Origin: a virus
Lineage: Duplodnaviria; Caudoviricetes
Virus record (IMG/VR): IMGVR_UViG_3300037458_001039
Coordinates: 1-26,970 of that record
Length of the DNA stretch: 26,970 nucleotides
Reading direction: 5' to 3' (one strand)
A program made the position numbers and the translations under genes. Each line of letters starts with the position of its first letter. Position 1 is the first letter of the stretch. Shown piece by piece: positions 1 to 8,236 of this stretch. The notes below the pieces were generated by a model, which saw only the letters and a list, made by a program, of their open reading frames with translations, was not told where the DNA came from and searched no databases.

Positions 1-2
1 TC

Positions 3-260
3 CGCCGTGGGGTAGGCGACGAAACTGATGTGGATGGCCTCGTTGGTGCTGAAGTGGATGAGGCCGGCAGCCTGCAGCTCGCCGAGCTGCCGGCGCATGG
101 TGCCGTCGGCACGGATGGCGCACAGCTCCATCAGCCCGAACTTGGAGATTTTGCACTGGCCGGATTCGGCGGCCAGATCCAGCAACCGCCGGGCGGTGCG
201 GTAGGCATTGCTGCTGATGGCGGCGGCCTCGATGGCCGCCACGGCTGCCCAGTAGGACAT
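3..260 (-). CDS. N-terminal part of an HTH protein, possibly the replication initiator (runs off the window start)
   Basis: My translation: MSYWAAVAAIEAAAISSNAYRTARRLLDLAAESGQCKISKFGLMELCAIRADGTMRRQLGELQAAGLIHF..., a winged-HTH-like pattern; GAGGAG RBS upstream; not in the ORF track because the stop is outside the window. Confidence 0.55.
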   Translation of the reverse strand, partial: MSYWAAVAAIEAAAISSNAYRTARRLLDLAAESGQCKISKFGLMELCAIRADGTMRRQLGELQAAGLIHFSTNEAIHISFVAYPTA

Positions 261-274
261 AGGATCGTGGCTCC

Positions 275-613
275 TCAACGCTCTAGCCAGGTGATCTCGA
301 TGCGGCGGTAGGTGATCTCCCGCCCGGTCTTAGGATGGCGGTGCAGCTTCTCGCCACGTGTCTCGTCGGCGTCGACGGGGACGGCAAACGCCGCCCGGAT
401 GACTTGCACCTCGACGTCGCTGGGGTAGACACTCTCGCGGGCGAGGGCCAGCCGCCAGCGCTGGTCGGTAACGCGGTGGAGGATGATGTTCAGGCCGCTG
501 GGGAGCGCGACGCGGTCCCACGCGCCCGGTATTGCAGCGTTGCGGTACATCGTGGCGGCGATGACGGCCAGCCGGGACGATCCCCGGCTGGCGGTTTTGG
601 TGGCAACAGTCAT
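275..613 (-). CDS. Hypothetical phage protein (112 aa)
   Basis: ORF tightly packed in the leftward operon. Confidence 0.65.
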   Translation of the reverse strand: MTVATKTASRGSSRLAVIAATMYRNAAIPGAWDRVALPSGLNIILHRVTDQRWRLALARESVYPSDVEVQVIRAAFAVPVDADETRGEKLHRHPKTGREITYRRIEITWLER

Positions 614-621
614 GATGCTTC

Positions 622-807
622 TCAGGCGGCTTTGCGCTCGGGCGGCTGCCGCAGCTTCTCCCAGCAGGTGCGGTCCACGTAATGGACAGGCTTGCCCTGC
701 TTATCCTTGACGGTCTTCCATTTCGGCACGGTGAACCGTACCGCCTGGCCCTGGTCGTCGACCTCTAAGGGCTGCCCGCATAGCGGGCACGTGTTGTTGT
801 TGATCAT
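622..807 (-). CDS. Small Cys/His protein, possible zinc finger (61 aa)
   Basis: CPLC ... HYVDRTC motif; AGGAGGAG RBS. Confidence 0.65.
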   Translation of the reverse strand: MINNNTCPLCGQPLEVDDQGQAVRFTVPKWKTVKDKQGKPVHYVDRTCWEKLRQPPERKAA

Positions 808-822
808 CGCTCCTCCTATGGC

Positions 823-930
823 TCAGCCCGCCCCAGCCAGCGTGGCCAGGAATCCTATGATCCCGATGAAACCGATGGCCAGCATGAACCAGAACATGCC
901 GGAGTACCCATTGCCGTCGCTATCGTCCAT
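823..930 (-). CDS. Small single-TM peptide (35 aa)
   Basis: MDDSDGNGYSGMFWFMLAIGFIGIIGFLATLAGAG; AGGAG RBS; fills the gap between neighbouring genes. Confidence 0.6.
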   Translation of the reverse strand: MDDSDGNGYSGMFWFMLAIGFIGIIGFLATLAGAG

Positions 931-933
931 GGC

Positions 934-1824
934 TCAGCTCCTGCTTCTGCGCACAATCTCTAGCAGGCTAGGCCAGTTCAGATCGAAAAAGGCGACCAGC
1001 GCGCTTGCCGTGGGCATCCAGGATGGTCGGTCTTGGTCGAACTGGCGCATCAGGAGATTGCCATCATAGCGGAGGTCCAACTGGCCTAGAGCGTGAATCG
1101 CCAGCATTCGGCGCGTGGTGGCGCTCAGTTTGCGAAATAACAAGCCTTCCGGCGGGCCGTCTTCCAGGCCGTTGATGAGCGTCTCGAGCTTTTCCGCCGG
1201 CAGGTCCGGGCCACACAGGAGGGTCCAGTCGATCGCGCTGGGCTCAAGCGTAGGCGCGGCAACGGCCACGCCGACCGTCTCGTCGTCCTCGCCAGCCCTG
1301 CCGCCAATGGTGACGGCCGCGGCCGATAGCGAGCTGGACACGAGCAGCCCGCCATCCGGCGCCACGGTCAGAGCGATATTCGGTGAGGCGGTCGTGCCCG
1401 ACCAATCGTAGTGCGGCGGCTGGTCCGCGGCGCGCAGCTGCGTAATCTCCTCCTGCTGATCCCGGAGCAACTCCGCTTGATGTGCGATATCCTGACGTAA
1501 CTGTGCAATGGTTTGTGCCGCGTGACGCAGTACCTCTGCAGGTTTGGCGTCGCCGCGCAAAGAGTGCAGGATCTGGCAGCGCAGGTCGAGCATGGCGCGA
1601 TTGAGGTCGTCCGCGAACTCCTGTGGCGGCCAGTAGCTGGCCAGCTCGTCAAGCGCGTTGTACAGCATGATTCCCAGCGCCGAGCGCGTATCCAGCGGTT
1701 TCGACATGCCGGATTCGATCCGCTCCCAATGCGCCATCGCATCCCGGTGAATCGCACCGACAATCGTCGGCAAGTCGTTCTCTGGCGGGCCGGCGGTGAA
1801 CCGGCGATCAGTATTGATGGTCAT
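934..1824 (-). CDS. Hypothetical protein with coiled coil and C-terminal helical domain resembling the 6428-6868 product
   Basis: 296-aa ORF with AAAGGAG RBS; C-terminal FRKLS...MPTASAL...W motif. Confidence 0.75.
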   Translation of the reverse strand: MTINTDRRFTAGPPENDLPTIVGAIHRDAMAHWERIESGMSKPLDTRSALGIMLYNALDELASYWPPQEFADDLNRAMLDLRCQILHSLRGDAKPAEVLRHAAQTIAQLRQDIAHQAELLRDQQEEITQLRAADQPPHYDWSGTTASPNIALTVAPDGGLLVSSSLSAAAVTIGGRAGEDDETVGVAVAAPTLEPSAIDWTLLCGPDLPAEKLETLINGLEDGPPEGLLFRKLSATTRRMLAIHALGQLDLRYDGNLLMRQFDQDRPSWMPTASALVAFFDLNWPSLLEIVRRSRS

Positions 1825-1851
1825 GGGTTGCTCCTTTAGGGTGTGCCTGCG

Positions 1852-2001
1852 TTATGCCGCTGTATCCAGCGGCGCCAGGTAGGTCTGGCGCAGGCGCACG
1901 AAATCGCCGATGCGATTGTTGCGCACCGTGTCGTGCAGGCGCTGTTCACGCACAGCGAGTTCCGGTTCGGCTTCGGCGCTGTCGTCGCCGCCTATCAGCA
2001 T
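1852..2001 (-). CDS. Small ORF (49 aa) duplicating part of the ParB-like protein's C-terminus; possibly a gene remnant
   Basis: MLIGGDDSAEAEPELAVREQRLHDTVRNNRIGDFVRLRQTYLAPLDTAA shares RIGDFVRLRQTYLA with the upstream gene. Confidence 0.4.
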   Translation of the reverse strand: MLIGGDDSAEAEPELAVREQRLHDTVRNNRIGDFVRLRQTYLAPLDTAA

Positions 2002-2205
2002 AGCGATGGAGCACCTCACACTGCATCCGCTCGGTGATCATCAGGCCCCCAGGTCTGCGAGTTCGGAGATGACGACAACAAGGATGTCCTGGAGCGCCCG
2101 CTTCGCCGCAAGGGTCAGGGTAACGCGGCCGGTGAGCTCGCCGAAGCGCTCGCACGCATCCAGCGCCGCCAGGTAGGTCTGGCGCAGGCGGACGAAATCG
2201 CCAAT
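1864..2205. repeat. 48-bp direct repeat (1864-1911 and 2158-2205), 3 mismatches
   Basis: atccagcg(g/c)cgccaggtaggtctggcgcaggcg(c/g)acgaaatcgcc(g/a)at. Confidence 0.9.
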
Positions 2206-3405
2206 CCGCCGACTCCGCACGGCGGCGTTGGCAATATCGACGACTGCCTGATTCGTCTCGGGCGGAGGTTGCTGCCGGTAGCGCTCGATGTCGGCCTGCA
2301 TAGATGGCGACGGCGGTTCCTCACGAATCGGCGCCCGGGCGATCTTCAGCGTGGCCGCGGCACTGGCCACCGTGCCTACGATGCCGCTCGCCAATACCTC
2401 AACGATCCGCACCTGTGCCTCGCGGTCGTAAAGCGCCAGGTCGTTGAGCAGGCGATTGTTCTCGCGCATCAGCGTGCCGTCCATAGCCTCCCAGGCCGCC
2501 AGGCCGATGTAGCCTGGTCGGTGCGGCTCGGTAGCGGCGGGCGCCGCGGGCGGTTGCGCCGGCGCCAGGGCGGAAACATGCTCCAACACCGCCGCTTGGT
2601 TTCTCATCGCCCGGACTAATTCCACCGCCTGGACAGCGAGACCTCTCTCCAGCAATAGCCGCGCGATCATCTGCCAGGTTTCGCCGCGCTGCATGTTGGC
2701 GCATTTCCGCAGATCAGCCGCCACGATGCCACGCGGTATCTCATCCTCTAGCAGCGTGGCTACAACTCTCTGCGCCGCCAATGCGATCTGCTCGCTCGTA
2801 GCATAGCGCGGCTCCCGCCGCCCGATGTTGGCCGTGTTCTGCGTGTAGGTGGCGCCGCCGCGGGTGACGGTGCGCTCGGCTATCTTCGGAATTTCCGAAG
2901 ATGCGACCAGTTGCTGGCGGTACTTCTCCACTGTCTTGTCACTGACACCCAGGTGTTTGGCGATGGCCAGATTGCTGAGCGCCGCCGCATTGGGGTGGCG
3001 CAACGCCGCCTTGATCGCCCGTTCCTTGTCCTCTGTCGAGCGGCGCAGGCCGTGCGCCTGGTTGACGCCGTAGGACGCCCACTGCGCATCGGTCTGCGTG
3101 CCCTGGTGGACAATGGCGGGCACCTGCCAGCGCTGCTGCTGCGTGTAGGCGGCCACCCGGTGGTAGCCGTCATACAGCCAATAGTCCTCGCCGTCGAACA
3201 TGACGTCGACGGGCGGGAACTCGGCGCCCAGCTCCAGCGCCTCGGCATAGGCCGCGACCGTCGCCGGGTCGGTCATGCCGCGGGGCTGAGTGCCTCCGTC
3301 GCGGCGGATACTGGTCAGGTCGAGCAGGGTGGGCTTGGGCGCCGCAACCGGCGCAGGGCCGGCCAGCAGCTCACCCAATAGGTCGGGTGGGGTTTCCTGT
3401 CTCAT
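2041..3405 (-). CDS. ParB/Srx N-terminal domain protein with HTH
   Basis: TQPR...FPPVDV...LYDGYHRV ParB-box motifs, followed by the HTH LSNLAIAKHLGVSDKTVEKYR. Confidence 0.85.
   Translation of the reverse strand: MRQETPPDLLGELLAGPAPVAAPKPTLLDLTSIRRDGGTQPRGMTDPATVAAYAEALELGAEFPPVDVMFDGEDYWLYDGYHRVAAYTQQQRWQVPAIVHQGTQTDAQWASYGVNQAHGLRRSTEDKERAIKAALRHPNAAALSNLAIAKHLGVSDKTVEKYRQQLVASSEIPKIAERTVTRGGATYTQNTANIGRREPRYATSEQIALAAQRVVATLLEDEIPRGIVAADLRKCANMQRGETWQMIARLLLERGLAVQAVELVRAMRNQAAVLEHVSALAPAQPPAAPAATEPHRPGYIGLAAWEAMDGTLMRENNRLLNDLALYDREAQVRIVEVLASGIVGTVASAAATLKIARAPIREEPPSPSMQADIERYRQQPPPETNQAVVDIANAAVRSRRIGDFVRLRQTYLAALDACERFGELTGRVTLTLAAKRALQDILVVVISELADLGA
2877..2902. promoter_or_regulatory. 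Palindromic site inside the ParB-like gene (candidate parS-like site, copy 1)
   Basis: cggctatcttcggaatttccgaagat, identical to 8291-8316. Confidence 0.55.
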
Positions 3406-3758
3406 GCGGCGCTCCTCGTGGTCATCCAGCGCTGTGTGCGCGTCTCGAAGAAGCCGGCCAGTTCCGGCTCATTGTCCATGAGGCGCCGCGCATAGAACGA
3501 CGTGTAGCCGTTGTCCAGCTTGTACGCGCTGGCCGGGTCGTCGGTGGCCAGCGTCGCCTCCCAGCGCAGCACCTCGAAGAGCATCTTGATCCCGACCTGC
3601 TTGCCGCGGCGGGCGGCGTCGAGCGCCAGGCGTCGCAGCGAGGCGTAGACGTGCGGGTTGGCGGCGTGGAACGCTTCGAAGCGCTGTTCCAGCGTGAGCC
3701 CGCGGGCATTGATGGTCGTGATCCTGGGGTACAGGGATTCCTGGACAGGGGTGGTCAT
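3402..3758 (-). CDS. Hypothetical phage protein (118 aa)
   Basis: AGGAG RBS; stop overlaps the ParB start (ATGA). Confidence 0.75.
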   Translation of the reverse strand: MTTPVQESLYPRITTINARGLTLEQRFEAFHAANPHVYASLRRLALDAARRGKQVGIKMLFEVLRWEATLATDDPASAYKLDNGYTSFYARRLMDNEPELAGFFETRTQRWMTTRSAA

Positions 3759-3766
3759 GGTCGCTC

Positions 3767-4576
3767 CTACGGGTGGTTCCCGATCGTGACGTTCAGGCGC
3801 TCGAGGCCGTCGGCGACGCGGCGCAGATGGTGCGCGATGGCGATCTGCCCGGCGGCGAGCACCAGAGTCCGGTCGTCCGCGGCGTCCTGTACCCAGCCTG
3901 CGTTGGGATCGACATCTCCATCTTCTGGAACGTAGACGATGCAGGTCTGCTTAATGGTCTCGGTCCGGCTCAGGCGGCCAATCAGGTCTAGCGCCTGGTC
4001 AATGGGGTCTGGCAATTCGTCGTGGTCTTCCGCCTCCTCTGCTGGTACGGCCATTGCGGCGGCCGCCTCTTCTGCCCGCCGGCGCCGCGTGTTGGCCTCA
4101 GCAACCGCCAATGCGAGGAGGAAATCGTCTGCGATCTCGTCGTAGTTAGCGATGTCTTGATCGGTGATGATTAGCGATCTGGGTTGCTGCGAAATGGGCT
4201 TGTATACGTCGTCGTCCAGGCTACGGTAGTAATCGCACGGCAAGAACCGGCACTGCCATGCGTCCGCGCCCTTCCGAGCATATGCCAGGACCGTTGCGCA
4301 AGGCAGCTCGATAAAAGCCGGCCGAAGGAACAAGTCGTAGTCATATCCAATGTAGCTCGGCTCCTGTATGTTTGGCCGCAAATACTCACGGGCCCAATCC
4401 GGCAGCCGCCCCCTGATCTCGTCCAGTACCGGCGCCCATTCCGCCAGGCGCTGCTCCTCGGCCTGCCGCTCGGCCTCGTCGCGCGCCTGCCGCTCGGCCT
4501 CATCGCGCTCTGCCAGCAACTGCTGGCCGCGTGCGATGGCTGCCAAAATTACTGATTCGTCGTGTTGTGTGCTCAT
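3767..4576 (-). CDS. Hypothetical protein (~269 aa) with N-terminal coiled coil
   Basis: Likely start MSTQHDES (or ATG at 4588); the longer listed ORF overlaps the recombinase gene; 24-bp tandem repeat encoding RDEAERQA. Confidence 0.7.
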   Translation of the reverse strand: MSTQHDESVILAAIARGQQLLAERDEAERQARDEAERQAEEQRLAEWAPVLDEIRGRLPDWAREYLRPNIQEPSYIGYDYDLFLRPAFIELPCATVLAYARKGADAWQCRFLPCDYYRSLDDDVYKPISQQPRSLIITDQDIANYDEIADDFLLALAVAEANTRRRRAEEAAAAMAVPAEEAEDHDELPDPIDQALDLIGRLSRTETIKQTCIVYVPEDGDVDPNAGWVQDAADDRTLVLAAGQIAIAHHLRRVADGLERLNVTIGNHP

Positions 4577-4622
4577 TTGTGGTATCATCCTTTCCAGATC
4601 GTATGCACTCCCATCGATCCAT

Positions 4623-4653
4623 GAGCGCCGCCGACTGCTCCTCGGCGGCGCTC
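4623..4653. other. 12-bp GC-rich stem-loop downstream of the recombinase gene
   Basis: gagcgccgccga-ctgctcc-tcggcggcgctc. Confidence 0.6.
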
Positions 4654-4665
4654 CCCTTTCCCCAC

Positions 4666-5763
4666 TCAAGAAACAAAAAGTAGTTGCTCGACCTCCGTCC
4701 AGCCAGTGTCCACCGGCTTCTGCAGCTTGGATAGATAGATCTGCGTGATGGCCACCGAGGAGTGGTCCAGGAAGCGCGAGATCTCCAGCAAATCCTGCCC
4801 GGCGCCGTCGCGGTAGCGCAGGTGCGCGGCCGTGTGGCGCAGGGTGTGCGTGTGGATGGCGGCCGGCGGGACGCCTGCCGCCACGAAGCGCCGCTTGATG
4901 ATGCGGTTGATCATGCAGCCGCTGATGGGCCGCCCCGCCGCCACCGCGCGCACGTTGGGCAGGTGGCGGGCCCGGTCCGCAAAGACGGGCAGGAAGATGT
5001 AGTCGTCCGGCTGGATGGTCGCCAGCCGCCCCGTCACGCGCAGGAAGTTCACGACGGCGTGGTAGACAGGCGCGGGCAGCTCGTCCAGGCGCCCCTTGCC
5101 GCCCTTGCCGCGCCACGTGTAGTAGTAGCGGCGGCTGGCCGGGTCGACCTCCACGTCCTGCCAGCGCAGGTTGGCAATCTCAGCCGATCGGCGCCCTGTG
5201 TAGAGGTAGGCGACGATGAGGGCGTAGTCCCGGCTGCCGAGCAGGGTCTGCGTGTCGATGAGCTGGAGCGCGTGCCGGATGGTGGCCACGCTCATGGGCG
5301 CCGAGCGGTTGTACTGGTCCACCTTGAACCGCTCCGGCTGGCGGAACGGGTTCGGCCGCGGGTTGCCGCTACCGTCGATGTAGATGGAGCGCTCGATACC
5401 ATCGCGGCCGACGAAGACGTACTTGTCGACGACGAACTGATAGAAGGAGCTGAGCGCCGCGAGCTTGCGGTTGATGCTGCTCTGGCTGGCGCCCGCGCCC
5501 TGCAGGTGGCGAATCCAATCGCCGACGTCGACGCCGGTTATGCTCCAGGGCGCCTTCTCGGCGAACTGGAAAAACTGCGTCCAGTCAGCCTGGTAGGCGC
5601 GCACGGTGTGGGCGCTGCCGGACTTGCGGCGCTTGGCCTCCAGCCAGGCGTCCTTCGCCTGCTGCCAGGCGACGGCCTGCAGGTCGCCCGCGTCCACGCC
5701 GGGTACGATCCAGGTCAACGGTACGGCGGGCGCCTCGTCGGTGCCCCGGGTTCGGGTGTCCAT
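4666..5763 (-). CDS. Tyrosine recombinase (XerC/D-like)
   Basis: SAM-like N-terminal domain (TVRAYQADW, SINRKLAALSSFY); catalytic YTGRR, GKGGK, HTLRH, LDH, Y. Confidence 0.92.
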   Translation of the reverse strand: MDTRTRGTDEAPAVPLTWIVPGVDAGDLQAVAWQQAKDAWLEAKRRKSGSAHTVRAYQADWTQFFQFAEKAPWSITGVDVGDWIRHLQGAGASQSSINRKLAALSSFYQFVVDKYVFVGRDGIERSIYIDGSGNPRPNPFRQPERFKVDQYNRSAPMSVATIRHALQLIDTQTLLGSRDYALIVAYLYTGRRSAEIANLRWQDVEVDPASRRYYYTWRGKGGKGRLDELPAPVYHAVVNFLRVTGRLATIQPDDYIFLPVFADRARHLPNVRAVAAGRPISGCMINRIIKRRFVAAGVPPAAIHTHTLRHTAAHLRYRDGAGQDLLEISRFLDHSSVAITQIYLSKLQKPVDTGWTEVEQLLFVS

Positions 5764-5765
5764 GC

Positions 5766-5987
5766 TCAGGCGAGTTTCAACAGCGCTTCGAGGTAGACGC
5801 GGCGCTGGGCGAGATACGCCTGCTGCTTGATGATGCTCTTCAGCTCGTTCTTGTGGAGCGTGAAGAGCGCCGGCCGGAGCGCCTGCGCACTACCGGCCGC
5901 CATGACCAGATAGTCCTCGTGCGAGTATTCGTCCAGCGTCGCGCACAGCCGCTCGTCCAACTGCGCAACCAGGTTGTCGTCGTCCAT
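5766..5987 (-). CDS. Hypothetical protein (73 aa)
   Basis: MDDDNLVAQLDERL...; GGAGAGG RBS; ends immediately before the recombinase start. Confidence 0.7.
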   Translation of the reverse strand: MDDDNLVAQLDERLCATLDEYSHEDYLVMAAGSAQALRPALFTLHKNELKSIIKQQAYLAQRRVYLEALLKLA

Positions 5988-6094
5988 CGTGTGCCTCTCC
6001 CATATCCAACTCACTGCCGCCCGGCCGTCATGTTTAGCCACGAATCTAGATTCCGCGTCCCGCTGGGGACCGACACGGACCGGGTAGCAGGTCG

Positions 6095-6422
6095 ATTGCT
6101 CCGGGGCCGGCTCGGGGTGTTCACCCCTACCGGCCAGCATCGAAAGGAGATACCCAGGCCCGCCGCAGCCCCCGTTTCTGCGGCGGCCTGGGGTGGCGGT
6201 GAGCAAGGTTCGGCGCAGGGCCTGACTTCGTGCTCGTCGCCACCCCAGGGTGTGGGGCTCTCCGGGGGCGGCCGGAAAGATCCCGAACCGCCCCCCACAC
6301 CAAAGGAGGAGAAAGACCGCCGCAGCCGTCACACTGCGGCGGCCTGGGCTGGGGGCGAGCGGCGCCACGACGGCGCCGGAGAGGGCCAGTCAGTCTCGCC
6401 CCCAGCCCAGGAGCTCCCCCGG
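6095..6422 (-). ncRNA. Putative structured RNA: two tandem ~158-nt three-hairpin units
   Basis: Each unit (plus strand) reads gctc..ccgg / hairpin / aaaggag / ccgccgcag..ctgcggcgg / cctggg...cccagg; no credible ORF; strand inferred from operon direction. Confidence 0.55.
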
Positions 6423-6427
6423 TAGAA

Positions 6428-6868
6428 CTATCTCAGCCCGATGTACTCGCGGATGGTCTGCTGCACCACGCCCGGCGCGAGGGTAACCTCGGCGACGACC
6501 TCCCGCCGCCGCACCACGCCGAGCAGGGGCCAGGAGTTGCGCCCGTCGCGGTGGCGGGCGATGGTGGCGTCGTTCTCGCCGCCGATGGCCACGAGGTTCC
6601 GGTCGAAGGTGCCGGCGCTATGCTGGCCAGGCTTAGTGCCTTTGCCCGGACGGTGCAGCCCCGCGCGCTGGACGATCGTATCCCACTTGACCAGGCTGAG
6701 GCGGATGGTGCTGGCCACCGGCAGGTCTCTGCGGCGCTGGGCGTTCCAGCGGGTCTCGGAGGGCGCCTTGTCGCCGTCGGCGAGGCGCTGCATCTCGGCG
6801 ACGAGCAGTGCGATTTGCTCGTCGCGGGGTAGTTTGAAGAAAGCCTGGCTGTGCTTGGCGCCGCCCAT
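6428..6868 (-). CDS. Protein with homing-endonuclease-associated-repeat-like helical domain
   Basis: PSETRWN...LPVASTIR...KWDTIVQRAGL matches the PS..TI...W...AGL pattern. Confidence 0.6.
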   Translation of the reverse strand: MGGAKHSQAFFKLPRDEQIALLVAEMQRLADGDKAPSETRWNAQRRRDLPVASTIRLSLVKWDTIVQRAGLHRPGKGTKPGQHSAGTFDRNLVAIGGENDATIARHRDGRNSWPLLGVVRRREVVAEVTLAPGVVQQTIREYIGLR

Positions 6869-6901
6869 GATGCTGCTCCCATCGCGGTCTGAGGGTTGAT
6901 G

Positions 6902-7111
6902 CTACTGTTCGGTCTCCACGTGGCCGGCGAGGACGGGCTCGGGCTCGGTTACGGTGATCCCGCGACGCTTGGCCTCCTGGCGGATGAGTTTCCGCACGGT
7001 GGAGGAAAGACCATCGTCCATGTTGTCGGCGGAGATGGCTTCGAGCATGGCCTTGTCGGTCGGTGTGCATACCAGGCGGATCCATTCCGTCTTGGGTTCG
7101 TTCATGCTCAT
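6902..7111 (-). CDS. Ribbon-helix-helix regulator in the Cro position
   Basis: KTEWIRLVCTPTDKAMLEAIS...LSSTVRKLIRQEA beta-alpha-alpha pattern; AGGAGG RBS; first gene after the leftward promoter. Confidence 0.7.
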   Translation of the reverse strand: MSMNEPKTEWIRLVCTPTDKAMLEAISADNMDDGLSSTVRKLIRQEAKRRGITVTEPEPVLAGHVETEQ

Positions 7112-7123
7112 CGGGTTAGCCTC

Positions 7124-7214
7124 CTAAGCTATTTGCTGAAGTTGCCCCACCATACTACGCCATTTGCTTAGACTTGTCAATACCCTATTCAAAATTGCTA
7201 AGCAAATGGCTTAG
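7124..7214. promoter_or_regulatory. Three 17-bp operators, consensus CTAAGC-N5-GCTTAG
   Basis: ctaagctatttgctgaa (7124-7140), ctacgccatttgcttag (7155-7171), ctaagcaaatggcttag (7198-7214). Confidence 0.8.
7152..7180 (-). promoter_or_regulatory. Leftward (early lytic) sigma70-type promoter
   Basis: TTGACA-17 nt-TAGTAT on the minus strand, overlapped by the middle operator. Confidence 0.85.
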
Positions 7215-7236
7215 GAATTGGCGTATCATGGATGCT

Positions 7237-7638
7237 ATGACCATCGGGGCGCGCCTGAGGGAGCAACGGCAGAAGTCCAAACTCTCGCTCGGACAGGTCG
7301 GGGAGTACGAAGGGGTCAGTCCGCAATACTTGTCTGATCTCGAACGGGGACGCAATCACCCAAGCGTGTGGGATCTTCTCGCCCGCCTTGCCCAGCGCTA
7401 CGGCTGCACCACTGATTACCTCCTGGGGCTGGACGCCGGCCCGGAGGCCGATGTATTTGCGGGGCTGGACGCCGCCACCGTGCGGGAGCTCCAGGCCCTC
7501 ATCGCCGACTTGCGGCAGTTGACCCCGGCTGAGCGGCAGCGCGTGCTCGCCGCCGCCCGTACCATTCAGAGGCTGTATGAACCTCATATCGTGGGCGAGG
7601 ACGATGCGCCAGGTGACGCGCCGGGCGCGGCGTCATGA
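7237..7638 (+). CDS. XRE-family HTH immunity repressor (CI-like), no S24 peptidase domain
   Basis: IGARLREQRQKSKLSLGQVGEYEGVSPQYLSDLERGRNHPS...TDYLLG; TATCAT -10 at 7224-7229 suggests a leaderless start (alternative ATG at 7228). Confidence 0.88.
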   Translation: MTIGARLREQRQKSKLSLGQVGEYEGVSPQYLSDLERGRNHPSVWDLLARLAQRYGCTTDYLLGLDAGPEADVFAGLDAATVRELQALIADLRQLTPAERQRVLAAARTIQRLYEPHIVGEDDAPGDAPGAAS

Positions 7639-7680
7639 GCGCATCTGGCTGTGGGTGCATGACTGGGGCGTGGAGGTGTT

Positions 7681-8190
7681 GTGAGAACGCAGCGGCAGAA
7701 ATGGTTCCTCGATGGCTCCGGCTCCTATGACCTGGCCATTGTGGGCGAGTCCCACTACCAGCAGCATTTGGAACGCCTCGTGGGGCGCCGGCACCCGGAG
7801 GGGGTGCAGATCGAGTGCGAGGCGGAGTTGTACCTGGAGCCCAACAATCCGTATGACCCGAATGCCGTGCGCGTGGACATTGGCGGCCAGGCGGTCGGCT
7901 ATCTGGCGCGCGAGCTGGCGCCCCAGATGCGCGCGTTGCTCGGGCGCAGCGGCCTCGGCCCGGGCGCGCGGGTCGGCGTGCGGGCGGTAATCGTCGGCGG
8001 GCGCACCGGGCAAAGTTATGGCGTCTGGCTCGACGTAGACACCGAAGAGGAGGAGGAAGAGGAGGAGGAGAAACCGCCGACCAAGCGCAAAAGCAAAGGC
8101 AAGAGCGGCAAGTCCAACGCATTGCCGGCCGGTGCGCCGCCGACTCTGCCGCCGCCAGCGGGAGGCCGGCCGCCGACCCTGCCGAAATAG
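7681..8190 (+). CDS. HIRAN-domain protein with acidic and Pro-rich tail
   Basis: IVGESHYQ...LEPNNPYDPNAVRV...VGYL HIRAN signature; GGAGG RBS. Confidence 0.85.
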   Translation: MRTQRQKWFLDGSGSYDLAIVGESHYQQHLERLVGRRHPEGVQIECEAELYLEPNNPYDPNAVRVDIGGQAVGYLARELAPQMRALLGRSGLGPGARVGVRAVIVGGRTGQSYGVWLDVDTEEEEEEEEEKPPTKRKSKGKSGKSNALPAGAPPTLPPPAGGRPPTLPK

Positions 8191-8236
8191 CTCGCGCGGG
8201 TTTTGTCCACCCCCGATCGCGGGGCCCAGGGCGCCC

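Noticed and set aside
4577-5116. N-terminal extension of the listed 449-aa ORF
   Set aside because: It overlaps the recombinase in another frame and has low-complexity Arg/Pro shadow composition
5988-6425. ORFs crossing the structured intergenic region (5766-6368 extension, 5853-6425, 6011-6298)
   Set aside because: No recognisable protein features; a better start with RBS exists at 5987; the region is better explained by hairpins
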